Under the pieces are notes generated by a model. The model worked only from the letters and a program-made list of their open reading frames with translations. It was not told the origin of the DNA and searched no databases. From NCBI GenBank assembly GCA_937936355.1, contig CALDDM010000002.1:17156-81155 (forward strand): a stretch of DNA of 64,000 bases, in the 5' to 3' direction. The translations under genes were made by a program, and so were the position numbers. Below are positions 17,745 to 27,708 of the stretch, in pieces (the first letter of the stretch is position 1; each line of letters opens with the position of its first letter). Source of the DNA: Minisyncoccota bacterium. GTDB taxonomy: Bacteria; Patescibacteriota; Minisyncoccia; Moranbacterales; GCA-2747515.

Positions 17745-18296
17745 TTACTCCGCTTTTTTCTCTGAGTCCTTGCTCGTATCTTTTTCTACCACTGTATCTG
17801 AAGCCTCTTTTGCATCTTCCTTTGCTTCCTTGGTAGATTCAGCATCATCACTTTTTTCTGCGTCTTTTGAAGCCCCCTCTGACTCTTCCGCAGCTTCGTC
17901 CTTTTGTGCTGCTATAAATGCTGGCACCGCAATATCTTTGACATCTGTAAATTTAAACCGAAGAGCTTTTGCAGCCTTGTCTCGTACGTAGTATAGCTTT
18001 GAGCGACGTACCTTTGCACGCTTTACAAGCTCTACCTTTTCGATACTTGGTGAATTTACTGGCACAATTATCTCCACACCGTAGCCTCCAGCTGATACTT
18101 TTCGCACTGTGATCATAGGCGAGCTGCTCTGACCACCCTTCACAGCAATGATCATTCCTTCGAAGATTTGAATCCTCTCCTTATTCCCCTCTTTAATCTT
18201 GCGGTGAACTTTTACGACATCACCACTCCTGAGTGTACACTCACCCTTTGCGCTTGCGCGCTGTGCGTTGTTGAACGCGATTACCTTGCTCTGCAT
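17745..18296 (-). CDS. rplS: 50S ribosomal protein L19 with a K/E/A/D-rich C-terminal extension
   Basis: RSGDVVKVHRKIKEGNKERIQIFEGMIIAVKG...TVRKVS.GYGVEIIVPVNSPSIEKVELVKRAKVRRSKLYYVR matches L19; ~70-aa low-complexity tail. Confidence 0.85.
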   Translation of the reverse strand: MQSKVIAFNNAQRASAKGECTLRSGDVVKVHRKIKEGNKERIQIFEGMIIAVKGGQSSSPMITVRKVSAGGYGVEIIVPVNSPSIEKVELVKRAKVRRSKLYYVRDKAAKALRFKFTDVKDIAVPAFIAAQKDEAAEESEGASKDAEKSDDAESTKEAKEDAKEASDTVVEKDTSKDSEKKAE

Positions 18297-18448
18297 TTTC
18301 GTATGTTTAATAAAGGCGGCAGAGGTCTTTGCACGTGCATCGACATGTCCTAAAAAGTTACTCTATATTACAGCGATTGTAGGATTTCGTCAAGCATTTC
18401 AGTGTGTCACTGGTATTTGCTATACTTATTGACACATAATCATAGTTC

Positions 18449-19636
18449 TTGCACATGCCTTATTTTCTTTATTTCATTCTTCATTACCTCCTACTGCTCT
18501 TGGGTGCGTTATTTATCTCTGGCCTTATTTTTTTTCTGACACCTGAACTCCTGGATGATCAGCACGCTAACCGTGATACGCCTACAATTGAAGATCGTAT
18601 GGGTATTGACCCCTATGACAACGTCATCGTCCTCGAAGAACAGTGGACTCCCCCTCCGCTCAATCTCGCCGACATCCGATCACGTGGCTGTGTTGCAGAT
18701 GGTCTTTTGAGTGAGTACAACCACCCAGAGACAGATATTCCACTTGCACGATCCAGCTCTTGCTTGTATTTTCATCGCGCTCTCGAAACATGGCTTGACC
18801 CCCCTGATTTTTCTGACGCACTTGCGGTGATCGAAGAAATTGGTCGTGATGATGTTCACTATGGAATGTTTCTTGCAGAAGCGATCCGAACAAAAGCGAA
18901 CTATCTTTATCGCCAAGAAGGAAGAGATTTCGAATTTTCTGATATGTGTCGCAAGCAAAGCCGAAATTTTTGGGGAGAACACACTTGCAAACCCTCCCTC
19001 AAAAAACCAGAATATCAAGCATATCTCAAGCAAGTTACTCGTGATGCTATGGACATCGGTATTCGCGTTTTCCTGTTTGGGCAAATTCATTACCAAGAGG
19101 AGAAAATTAACTTTCCTAAAGTCGATAATGTCATACGGGATATGCGTGCATATGCCGATGAAAAGGGCTATGATATTTTGATTGGCGCACAAACTGGAGA
19201 TATCACCAATCGTCGCTACCTTGGATTCTTTGACTTTATAGAGGGAGGTGTTGGTATCAGCGCAGCAGGCACGGTAGAAGATGGTCCATGCTTTTCTAAG
19301 TACTGGAAGAAGCCTGGTGATTGGTGCTGGCCTCTTATGTGGCACAGTCGCTTCAAAGACCGCGCTGATAACGTCTTTGTCTACATGGATTGGAATGGTC
19401 AGGTTGGAGATGACATGCATACATTTGCATCACTCCCTGAAGATGCCCGCCATCGCGCACTTCAAACCATTCGCTCGCGCATGGATTCAGAAGGCGTTAG
19501 CTTTTTTCCGCCATTGATCACACCACTCCCCAAAGAAGGTACGGCTAACTGTAGCGGCCCAAAGAAAAGGTTTTACTCTCCCTCTATGGATCATGGATGC
19601 AGAGACTATGATGCAATTAATGCACTTTTGCAGTAA
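18449..19636 (+). CDS. Hypothetical membrane-anchored protein (395 aa)
   Basis: N-terminal TM helix (LLLLLGALFISGLIFFL), globular C-terminal region, no recognised motif; the antisense 246-aa ORF on the minus strand was judged spurious. Confidence 0.45.
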   Translation: MHMPYFLYFILHYLLLLLGALFISGLIFFLTPELLDDQHANRDTPTIEDRMGIDPYDNVIVLEEQWTPPPLNLADIRSRGCVADGLLSEYNHPETDIPLARSSSCLYFHRALETWLDPPDFSDALAVIEEIGRDDVHYGMFLAEAIRTKANYLYRQEGRDFEFSDMCRKQSRNFWGEHTCKPSLKKPEYQAYLKQVTRDAMDIGIRVFLFGQIHYQEEKINFPKVDNVIRDMRAYADEKGYDILIGAQTGDITNRRYLGFFDFIEGGVGISAAGTVEDGPCFSKYWKKPGDWCWPLMWHSRFKDRADNVFVYMDWNGQVGDDMHTFASLPEDARHRALQTIRSRMDSEGVSFFPPLITPLPKEGTANCSGPKKRFYSPSMDHGCRDYDAINALLQ

Positions 19637-19716
19637 TGCGTACCCTTGTCGTTACCTACCTTCTCGAATTCTAAATGTATGCTATACTTTACATTATTAT
19701 TTCATCATTTTTATAT

Positions 19717-20346
19717 ATGAATCAGAAGTTTCTCCTTATAGGTGTGGTTGTTTTCGTTGGTTTCATTGCTGGACTCATGTATCTTGCTCATCTTGATGCT
19801 ACAACACCATCCTCTAGTGAAAGCAAGTTTCTTTCTTATGCGGAGGATCTTGGTCTTGATATGGATCAGTTTAAGAGTGACATTGCTAGCGATGCAGTTG
19901 CTGCGCGTGTGCAATCTGACCTTACGCTTGGCGAGAGTAAGAATGTCTCCTCTACACCAACCTTCTATGTAAACGGCTCCCCCGAACGACTTCCTAACGA
20001 TGTGGCTGCGATCAAGACATTCCTCGATACAAAAATTGAAGGATCAGAACCACAGCAGCTTCCTGAAGGGGCTCACTTCAAGGGATCAACTACGCCAAAA
20101 GTAATCATTGAGGAGTTTAGTGATCTTGAGTGTCCTGGGTGTGGTGCTTATGCCCCAACGCTCAAGGAGTTCTTTGAGACATATCCAGATAATGACATCG
20201 CTCTGGTCTATCGACACTTCCCCCTTACAAGTATTCACTTCTATGCAGAGTCAGCGGCTAAGGCATCTGAAGCTGCTGCGTTGCAAGGTAAATTCTGGGA
20301 AATGCACGATATCCTCTTTGAGAAGCAACGTGAGTGGAGCCGATAA
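19717..20346 (+). CDS. DsbA-like thiol:disulfide oxidoreductase (thioredoxin fold, CPGC active site)
   Basis: N-terminal TM anchor then ...FSDLECPGCGAYAPTLKEF...FPLTSIH; start chosen at MNQKFLLIG. Confidence 0.7.
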   Translation: MNQKFLLIGVVVFVGFIAGLMYLAHLDATTPSSSESKFLSYAEDLGLDMDQFKSDIASDAVAARVQSDLTLGESKNVSSTPTFYVNGSPERLPNDVAAIKTFLDTKIEGSEPQQLPEGAHFKGSTTPKVIIEEFSDLECPGCGAYAPTLKEFFETYPDNDIALVYRHFPLTSIHFYAESAAKASEAAALQGKFWEMHDILFEKQREWSR

Positions 20347-20368
20347 ATGTTGAAAAAGACTCAGTTAG

Positions 20369-20406
20369 AAAGCCTCCCATCACTTGGATGAGGAGGCTTT
20401 TTTTGT
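20369..20406 (+). terminator. Rho-independent terminator after the dsbA-like gene
   Basis: aaagcctcccatcacttggatgaggaggcttt + T7. Confidence 0.6.
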
Positions 20407-20464
20407 GTTCATATTTCTCCCATCTTGTATTGCACCACTTACACACAGGAACAATGCGCCTTCT

Positions 20465-21586
20465 TTAGAATGGATTTCGTGGTGCTCCTGCGCCGCGAAT
20501 TTCAAAGTGGAGATGCGGACCTGTTGAGCGACCAGTACTTCCCACGCGACCAATCAATTGACCCTTTTTAACTTGTTGTCCTTTTCCAACATCGAGTCGA
20601 GAGAGATGCGCATACAGCGTGATCAGGCCGTCAGGATGTGTAATAACGACATGCTTTCCATATCCACCACCCCAACCATTCGCAAGAACCTTCGTTACTT
20701 TTCCCGCATTGACAGCATAGATCTTTGTGCCCAAAGGTGCCGCGAGATCAACTGCATTCGTTGGGTGTAAAGTCTGCGTTTTTACGCGCATACCAGGTAG
20801 TGGATGAGTAAACCGACCCTTTGTCTGTGCAGAAATTTCTGCACGCCCCTGCAAGATTGATGGTGCAGTTGCTACTGTTACCGGTTTTGGACGCGGCGCA
20901 GGTGCAATTTGACCGCCTGGCACTATAATCTCTTGTCCACTTTTGATTTCGCCATTTGCAGGCAAATCATTGAAGGCAATAATCTCATCACGACTCGCCT
21001 TGTACTTGCGAGCAATTGTGTCGACTGTATCACTTGTGCGGACCTTATACTTGATTCCCGTTATTGGCAGTATAAATAATGTATCACCTGGGCTTATAGA
21101 GTCCTTGTTGGTGATGTCATTTGCCCACAGCAAGGTATTTACACTAATGTTGTTGTTACGAGCGATCACTGCTAGTGTGTCGTTTTTTTGTACTGTGTAA
21201 AGCTTTACCTCTGCACCAAGCTCGCCTGTTTCCGCATCGACGCCGTACACAAACAGATCTGCGCTGTCTGTCACTAGCTCGTCTGTGTTTGCTGGTCCAT
21301 CCTCTGCCGCAACCTCCTTACGCGTTTCGATGTCAGTGCCGAGTGCGAGTTGCAATGTCATGTCATCCGTCTGTGCAATGCCGGTTCCATCTTGGCCGCC
21401 AGTGTTTTGTACTTGTGAGATGAGCTGTGCTCCTGTTCCACTTGAGTAGTATCCTTCTAGGGACTCGCTGTTGTTTTTTGCACTCAGATTACTTCCAGTC
21501 ACAAACAGCGATGCTGCGATCACAGCTGTCAGACTTCCGTTATTACGTATAAAACGCCCAAGTGCAAAAAATACCTTTCCGCGCAA
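20465..21586 (-). CDS. LysM-domain M23 family metallopeptidase (peptidoglycan hydrolase)
   Basis: LysM repeats (YTVQKNDTLAVIARNNNISVNTLLWAN...; YKVRTSDTVDTIARKYKASRDEIIAFN) and a C-terminal M23 motif (HLSRLDVGKGQQVKKGQLIGRVGSTGRSTGPHLHFEI). Confidence 0.8.
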   Translation of the reverse strand: MRGKVFFALGRFIRNNGSLTAVIAASLFVTGSNLSAKNNSESLEGYYSSGTGAQLISQVQNTGGQDGTGIAQTDDMTLQLALGTDIETRKEVAAEDGPANTDELVTDSADLFVYGVDAETGELGAEVKLYTVQKNDTLAVIARNNNISVNTLLWANDITNKDSISPGDTLFILPITGIKYKVRTSDTVDTIARKYKASRDEIIAFNDLPANGEIKSGQEIIVPGGQIAPAPRPKPVTVATAPSILQGRAEISAQTKGRFTHPLPGMRVKTQTLHPTNAVDLAAPLGTKIYAVNAGKVTKVLANGWGGGYGKHVVITHPDGLITLYAHLSRLDVGKGQQVKKGQLIGRVGSTGRSTGPHLHFEIRGAGAPRNPF

Positions 21587-21821
21587 AATTGTAATGAATA
21601 ATTGCTCTCCCCTTGCAAAGAAGTGCCCGAGAAACTTGAAAGATTCCCTTATTTTTTCTAGGATGTCACCTTGGACTTTTTTGATAAACGAAGCTTATTT
21701 CATTATGACTTCATATTTACAATAAGAATAGACTCAGCTAAATTCCATCGCGACTGATTTACTCGTAAAATAAAGTTTCTTTATAGTAGTCCGACAAAAC
21801 CTCGATGTCAACTCTTTTTAC

Positions 21822-22838
21822 ATGACTCCACTCCCCTTACTACATGGTAAAATGCATATATCCTTGTTATTCTGGATTCATATGACTTCCCAACGGAAAC
21901 AACAAATCTTATCTTCCTCGATTGGCACCCTTTTAAAGGACTACCTTGTATACCTTGAGCTTGACCGTGGACGTAGCCTCTTGACGAGAGATAACTATGA
22001 ACTCCTTATCATGCGCTTTCTTGATTTTGCTGATGCGCCTGAACCTGCTGCGATCGACCTTGATACTGTAAAGTTTTATAGACAATACCTCAATCGACTT
22101 ACTGCAAAAAATAAAGGCTCTGACGAGCATACACTCAGCGTTGGCACACAAAATGCACACATGATTGCCTTGCGCGGTTTTCTTAAGTATCTTGCGCGAC
22201 ATGACATAGAAACACTTGCAGCAGAAAAAATTGAAGTGGGCAAAACTCCAGAACGTCACGTAGACTTCCTCGAACCAGAAGAGGTTGATCGCCTTTTACA
22301 ATCTACTAACGGCAAAGACTTGGCTAGCTTACGAGATCGCGCCCTCCTTGAGCTGCTTTTTAGCTCTGGTCTGCGTGTTAGTGAACTTGTTGGTCTTGAC
22401 CGCGAACATATCAACTTGGAACGACAGGAGTTTAGTGTGCGCGGTAAAGGCGGTAAGATTCGTATTGTCTTTATTTCAGACACAGCACGCGACGCAATCC
22501 AGAGATATATTGATCAGCGTACTGATATCGATCCAGCGCTCTTTATCAGACTCAAGACTGGGACTAACCCACTGGCAGATGAGTCAACACTGCGCTTGAG
22601 CGCCCGCAGTGTACAGCGCATGGTTAAGAAGCATGCTGTAAGCGCTGGCATCGTCAAGGACGTACATCCGCATACGTTGCGTCATTCTTTTGCAACAGAC
22701 CTCTTACAAAATGGCGCAGACATCAGAAGTGTTCAGGCTATGCTTGGTCATGCCAATATCACTACAACCCAAATCTACACACATGTCACAGATCAAGGCC
22801 TCAAAGAGATTCACAAAAAATTCCATGGAAAAAAATAA
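21822..22838 (+). CDS. Tyrosine site-specific recombinase, XerC/XerD family (start possibly at 21882)
   Basis: C-terminal catalytic region HTLRHSFATDLLQNGADIRSVQAMLGHANITTTQIYTHV (R..H..R..Y motif). Confidence 0.8.
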   Translation: MTPLPLLHGKMHISLLFWIHMTSQRKQQILSSSIGTLLKDYLVYLELDRGRSLLTRDNYELLIMRFLDFADAPEPAAIDLDTVKFYRQYLNRLTAKNKGSDEHTLSVGTQNAHMIALRGFLKYLARHDIETLAAEKIEVGKTPERHVDFLEPEEVDRLLQSTNGKDLASLRDRALLELLFSSGLRVSELVGLDREHINLERQEFSVRGKGGKIRIVFISDTARDAIQRYIDQRTDIDPALFIRLKTGTNPLADESTLRLSARSVQRMVKKHAVSAGIVKDVHPHTLRHSFATDLLQNGADIRSVQAMLGHANITTTQIYTHVTDQGLKEIHKKFHGKK

Positions 22839-22887
22839 AGGCAGCGCGGAAATCACACTGACTTTGGAGGCGAACTTTCTGCTCTGC

Positions 22888-23436
22888 TTAATTCTCAGAT
22901 CCATCTCCTGAGAAGATTGCATCGTAGTAGTCGATGATGCACTCCCTTGCATTTGCTGCAATTAAATCTTCTCGCGTATACTCTGTAAAGCCTTGCTCAA
23001 GGTCATATTCTTTACTCTCTAGTCCCTTGCGCATTATTTCTACCTCGGCATCAGACACCTCTAGTGCAAAGATTCTGTTGAGATCATGTCGCCCATTTTC
23101 CTGGCCAGGCGCTTCAGATCGATATGCCCACATAAACTCTCGACTTCCTAGGTGCTGCAATCGACTTTCCCCTACCTTAAGACCTGTTTCTTTTTCTAGC
23201 CGACGAATTACTGTTTCTGCAGCCCTCTCACCCTTTTGAGTGCGGCCACCAATGACCCAAATACCTTCTGCTGGCTTGTGTATGCGTATAGGCAGAATTA
23301 CCGTACCTCGCTCTCTACTATATGGAACAACATCGCTACATACCACCACACATCCATCAAGATATTCAACTAAAGCCTTACCTGAGAGAAAATTATTCTC
23401 AAGAGAATGCTCTATGTGTATTTTTTCTTCTAACAT
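22888..23436 (-). CDS. Nudix hydrolase
   Basis: Nudix box GGRTQKGERAAETVIRRLEKETGL (GG-x5-E-x7-R.L.KE.G). Confidence 0.6.
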   Translation of the reverse strand: MLEEKIHIEHSLENNFLSGKALVEYLDGCVVVCSDVVPYSRERGTVILPIRIHKPAEGIWVIGGRTQKGERAAETVIRRLEKETGLKVGESRLQHLGSREFMWAYRSEAPGQENGRHDLNRIFALEVSDAEVEIMRKGLESKEYDLEQGFTEYTREDLIAANARECIIDYYDAIFSGDGSEN

Positions 23437-23452
23437 TTTTAATTAGTTTTGT

Positions 23453-25735
23453 CTATACCTTTGTGAGATTAGTGTAAGTTTTTGCAATTTTCTTGAGTCC
23501 CTTTTTCTTAAAGACAATACTAATGGCCTCTGCATCACTCGCCACAACGACACCGATACCAAACTCTTCATGCTTAACGCGGTCACCATCTGCAAAATTC
23601 TGATTTTGCATTGTATCCCTCTTGTTATTACCTTCATCATCTTTACATATGACTTCCCTTTCACCTGTTGCTAAGTCGACTACTTCTGTGTCGTCTTCAA
23701 AATCATAGTATTTCTGAACCTTAGCTGGTCTATTTCTATAAGAATAGTCGTTCATTTCTGATTGCTCAGTTGTGATCAGCTCTAGCGGTATGTCATCGAG
23801 AAATCTACTTGGTGGGTTTGCCTGTACCGACCCAAAGAGCAGTCTTTGCCGCGTGTAGAGAAGGTAAACTTTTTGTTTTGCTCGTGTGATCCCCACATAC
23901 ATGAGTCTGCGCTCCTCCTCCATCTCACCGTGAGAGACAAGTGCCCGGTTATGTGGAAGTATGCCTTCCTCGAGACCAACAACAAACACCACAGGAAACT
24001 CAAGTCCCTTTGCGCTATGGAGCGTCATGAGATGTACCATATCAGTATCTTGCGCGATTTTGTCCGTATCGCTGGCAAGTGCAACCTCTTCGAGAAATTG
24101 TGGTAGAGCATCTGAGACATTGTCGTATTTTGCTGCAACAGAAAGTAGTTCTTGTACGTTTTCATGTCTTGCTTCGCCCTCTGGCGTTCCATCACTGAGC
24201 GCTGCACTGTAGCCGCTATTTTCATAGATATGCGCTATGAGATGCGTAAGTGGTTTCTCTCTTGCAATTTTTGCTGCGTTCGTGATAAATGTCGCAAACT
24301 CTGTGATCGTTTTTTGCTTTCCTTTTGGGAGTGCTTTTTGATATGCCTGCGCGTACTCTTTCTTTGCTGCAAAATCAATGAAATTTGTGTTAGCCTCTCG
24401 AGCACCAACGATCCAATTCTCTAGTGTTTTTGCTCCTATCCCTCGTCGTGGCTCCCCTACTGCACGCTCCAGCGCAAGGATGTTTGACGCATTAAAAACC
24501 AATTGCAAATACGCCATCATATCTTTTACTTCCTTACGCTCATAGAATCGTATCCCTCCAACGATCCTGTATGGAATCGCATTTTTGAGAAAGTATTCCT
24601 CTACAGCACGAGACTGCGCGTTTGTACGATATAGCACAACAAAATCACTATACCCGTGTAACCCATCTTGATTTGCCTTTGTTACAATATCAGCAATGTA
24701 TGCGGCCTCACCAGCCTCACTACTTGCTTCGTATACCGTCAGATTTTCCCCCTCTTTCTGATCAGTCCAAATTTTCTTATCTGTGCGCGCTGTGTTTTCT
24801 TTGATTACGCCAAATGCAGCGTCGAGTACTTTTTGCGTCGACCGGTAGTTTTGTTCTAGCTTGATAACTTGTGTTTTTGGATAGTCTTTCTCAAAGTTTA
24901 AAATATTTCTGACATCTGCCTGTCGCCATCCATAAATTGACTGCCAGTCATCTCCAACTGCAAAAATGTTTCCATGTCGCTGTGACAGTAGATTGATGAG
25001 CTTGTACTGCGCGTGATTGGTATCTTGATATTCGTCAACGAGAATGTACTCATATGTACGTTGAAACTTCTCGAGAACTTCTGGGAAATCTGTGAATAAC
25101 TTTATTGTCAATCTAATTAAATCATCAAAGTCCATTGCCTGATCATCCTGCAATCGTATTTGATATCTGTCATAAATTGCACCCAATTGCTCATCATAGT
25201 AACTATCCGCTTGTTGTTGAAACTCTGCCGGTGTAATCAGATTGTTTTTGGCCCGTGAAATCCCTTCCAACAGTGCGCGAGGCGCAAACTGCTGTGTTGA
25301 AATTTCCATTTCTCGCATGATTTTTTTGATCAAAGTGCGTTGGTCCTGCGCATCAAGGATCGTAAATGCCTTATCATAGCCAAGCATTCCAGCATATTCA
25401 CGTAGAAAGCGTACGCAAATACTGTGAAACGTGCCAATTAGCGGACCAGCTCCACGACTATAGCTCTCGTCAAGTAGATCATTAACACGTTCACGCATCT
25501 CACCAGCGGCCTTATTGGTAAATGTCACTGCAAGTACTGATGTAGGATGTACTCCTGATACCCTAATTAGATAAGCAATACGCCTCGTGAGGGCTGTGGT
25601 CTTTCCTGATCCCGCTCCTGCAATGATCAAATATGCTCCTTTATCCGCTTTTACAGCGCTTATTTGTGGCTTATTCAACCCCTTTAAGAGCTTTCTTTCT
25701 TGCTCATCTTTTTGTGCGTTGGTTATCTTATTCAT
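23453..25735 (-). CDS. pcrA: ATP-dependent DNA helicase, UvrD/PcrA family
   Basis: Walker A AGAGSGKTTALTRRIAYLI; helicase motifs; Tudor-like C-terminal domain. Confidence 0.9.
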   Translation of the reverse strand: MNKITNAQKDEQERKLLKGLNKPQISAVKADKGAYLIIAGAGSGKTTALTRRIAYLIRVSGVHPTSVLAVTFTNKAAGEMRERVNDLLDESYSRGAGPLIGTFHSICVRFLREYAGMLGYDKAFTILDAQDQRTLIKKIMREMEISTQQFAPRALLEGISRAKNNLITPAEFQQQADSYYDEQLGAIYDRYQIRLQDDQAMDFDDLIRLTIKLFTDFPEVLEKFQRTYEYILVDEYQDTNHAQYKLINLLSQRHGNIFAVGDDWQSIYGWRQADVRNILNFEKDYPKTQVIKLEQNYRSTQKVLDAAFGVIKENTARTDKKIWTDQKEGENLTVYEASSEAGEAAYIADIVTKANQDGLHGYSDFVVLYRTNAQSRAVEEYFLKNAIPYRIVGGIRFYERKEVKDMMAYLQLVFNASNILALERAVGEPRRGIGAKTLENWIVGAREANTNFIDFAAKKEYAQAYQKALPKGKQKTITEFATFITNAAKIAREKPLTHLIAHIYENSGYSAALSDGTPEGEARHENVQELLSVAAKYDNVSDALPQFLEEVALASDTDKIAQDTDMVHLMTLHSAKGLEFPVVFVVGLEEGILPHNRALVSHGEMEEERRLMYVGITRAKQKVYLLYTRQRLLFGSVQANPPSRFLDDIPLELITTEQSEMNDYSYRNRPAKVQKYYDFEDDTEVVDLATGEREVICKDDEGNNKRDTMQNQNFADGDRVKHEEFGIGVVVASDAEAISIVFKKKGLKKIAKTYTNLTKV

Positions 25736-25883
25736 TGCGAAATTATACCATGAGTGTGTTGTAATTTTTCTTTTTATTTCATATCTCGTACTCCCTCGCC
25801 TTTGAGCGTTTATTTTGCTATAATTTGTTGTTACCTAGCTATTTCTATTCTCATACCATCCACAATTCGTCTGATTTCCTCCT

Positions 25884-27692
25884 ATGGCCAAGCGAACTTC
25901 ATATTTTTTGGGAAAAATTTCTCGTGTATGTACAATATTTCTTGATAAAGTTGAATCTTCCCACCTCACACCAAGTCTTTTTGTTGTTGCCTTTAGTGGG
26001 ATTGTCGCTCTTAGAATTGTCATTGAGTCGCTCCTTTCAAGCACTGTTGTGAATAACCCGCATGCCTCATCTTTCTTTAGTCTGTCGCGCTTTATGATGT
26101 ATGAATTTATGCACTTCTACTTTTTGATGTCGTGCATCCTCCTTCTTCTCTTTGTTTGCTTTACTTGTATTTTGCGCTATGACTATGTGCACACACTCAA
26201 GTTTCTCATCATAGGCTTGGGCGTTTTTATACTCCTCCCCCCTGTCATTGATGCGACAGTTTTTTCTGGTTACGCCATAAGAAGTTATTATGAGTTCTAT
26301 AGCCTTAAAGAAGTCTTTGTACACTTCTTTACATTCATGTCTCATGAACCCCTCCTGGGTACTACTCCAGGGCAACGTATTGTCATTGGTCTTTCCCTCT
26401 TATTTCTCATTCCTTTTGCGCGCACTATCCTTGTACGACGCTCTCCATCTCCTTTGTCCATATTCCCCCGCATCGCAACCCTCCTTTTTTTTGTGTATCT
26501 CATTTTTTATGCAGCTGCCACAGCACCATCACTTTTTGTTCTGTGTGCTAGCGCCCTTACTGGTGGCCTCTTCAATGGTGAGATTTTTATGATTTCCTAT
26601 GCCCATATTGCTCAGTTTTTCTTTGGCCCGCTCCTCTCCCCACCCTCACTCGTCCAACCTGATATAACAGCTGTTAGTCATTTTAAGATGTCGCTCATTT
26701 TCTTTATTCTTTCTCTCTTCCTCCTTCTTTGTGTTGTCTTTGTATATACTCGCCAGCTTTTCATAGGACTTCTTGTAAATATGCGCCCAGCTCAAACTCT
26801 CTACCACTGTGCACTTTTGCTTTTTGGCATTATTATTGCCATACTTGTTCGCGGTTATGGACTCGACTTTTCCTTTTTTAATCTCCTTGTGATCACAGCA
26901 CTCCTTTTAAGTGTTGTACTTGCGTGGCTAGGGAGCGTCGTGATTAATGACCTCTATGATGTTGATGTGGATGTCATCTCAAACTCAGATCGACCACTCG
27001 TTTCTGGTATCATCTCTGATACACACTACTTACAACTTGGCATTTACCTCATCGCCCTCTCTAGCACCGTAGCACTTTTTATTAATCTGTATGTCGGACT
27101 TCTTATCGTTGGCTACCACGCCCTCTCCTTCGTCTACAGCATGCCACCATTACGACTCAAAAAATATCCTCTTATAGCTACTGCAACCGCATCACTTGCG
27201 TCGCTTCTTATCATCTTTGCGGGCTATGCCCTCGCATCCCCAACGCAAACAACCCTGCATTTCCCACAGTCACTTGGCTGGCTTATTTTTATCTCGCTTA
27301 CATTTTGCCTGCCGATCAAAGACCTTAAGGATATTGATGGTGATCGAGCAGATGGCACTATCACTCTTCCCACTCTTTTTGGTCCGTATTATACACGTGT
27401 CGTTGTTGCTATGAGTATTTTTACTTCCTATATTGCAAGTGTTTTTGTTTTTCGTGATTTCAATCTTTTTATCCCTGCTCTTGTTTGCGGTAGCGCAAGC
27501 TTTGCTGTCATTCTTTGGCGATCTTCTCGTGCGACTCAACATACCCCATCAGACCTCCTCACTCCTCTCTACACAAAAAAATCCGCACACGCACATTCTT
27601 TTGCATTTCACAGACAGCGCCTTCTCTTATTTCTCGTTGTCTTTGGTCTTGTGTACTGTGCGTACTTTTCTGGTCGCATCAACCTCTCCTGA
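25884..27692 (+). CDS. Polytopic membrane protein with a C-terminal UbiA-family prenyltransferase domain fused to a ~330-aa N-terminal membrane domain
   Basis: UbiA motifs NDLYDVDVD and KDLKDIDGDRADG in the C-terminal half; >12 predicted TM helices overall. Confidence 0.6.
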   Translation: MAKRTSYFLGKISRVCTIFLDKVESSHLTPSLFVVAFSGIVALRIVIESLLSSTVVNNPHASSFFSLSRFMMYEFMHFYFLMSCILLLLFVCFTCILRYDYVHTLKFLIIGLGVFILLPPVIDATVFSGYAIRSYYEFYSLKEVFVHFFTFMSHEPLLGTTPGQRIVIGLSLLFLIPFARTILVRRSPSPLSIFPRIATLLFFVYLIFYAAATAPSLFVLCASALTGGLFNGEIFMISYAHIAQFFFGPLLSPPSLVQPDITAVSHFKMSLIFFILSLFLLLCVVFVYTRQLFIGLLVNMRPAQTLYHCALLLFGIIIAILVRGYGLDFSFFNLLVITALLLSVVLAWLGSVVINDLYDVDVDVISNSDRPLVSGIISDTHYLQLGIYLIALSSTVALFINLYVGLLIVGYHALSFVYSMPPLRLKKYPLIATATASLASLLIIFAGYALASPTQTTLHFPQSLGWLIFISLTFCLPIKDLKDIDGDRADGTITLPTLFGPYYTRVVVAMSIFTSYIASVFVFRDFNLFIPALVCGSASFAVILWRSSRATQHTPSDLLTPLYTKKSAHAHSFAFHRQRLLLFLVVFGLVYCAYFSGRINLS

Positions 27693-27708
27693 CTTCTCGC
27701 CTCAGCCT

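Noticed and set aside
18680-19420. 246-aa minus-strand ORF antisense to 18449..19636
   Set aside because: Its composition is Cys/Phe/Ile-biased and less protein-like than the 395-aa plus-strand ORF. The plus-strand ORF has an N-terminal TM anchor and sits in a sensible divergent arrangement with rplS.
21822-22838. Xer-like recombinase as the integrase of the tRNA-Gly cassette island
   Set aside because: It is ~5 kb away, separated by housekeeping genes (rplS, dsbA-like, M23 peptidase). It has the size and motifs of chromosomal XerC/XerD. No direct link to the array is visible.
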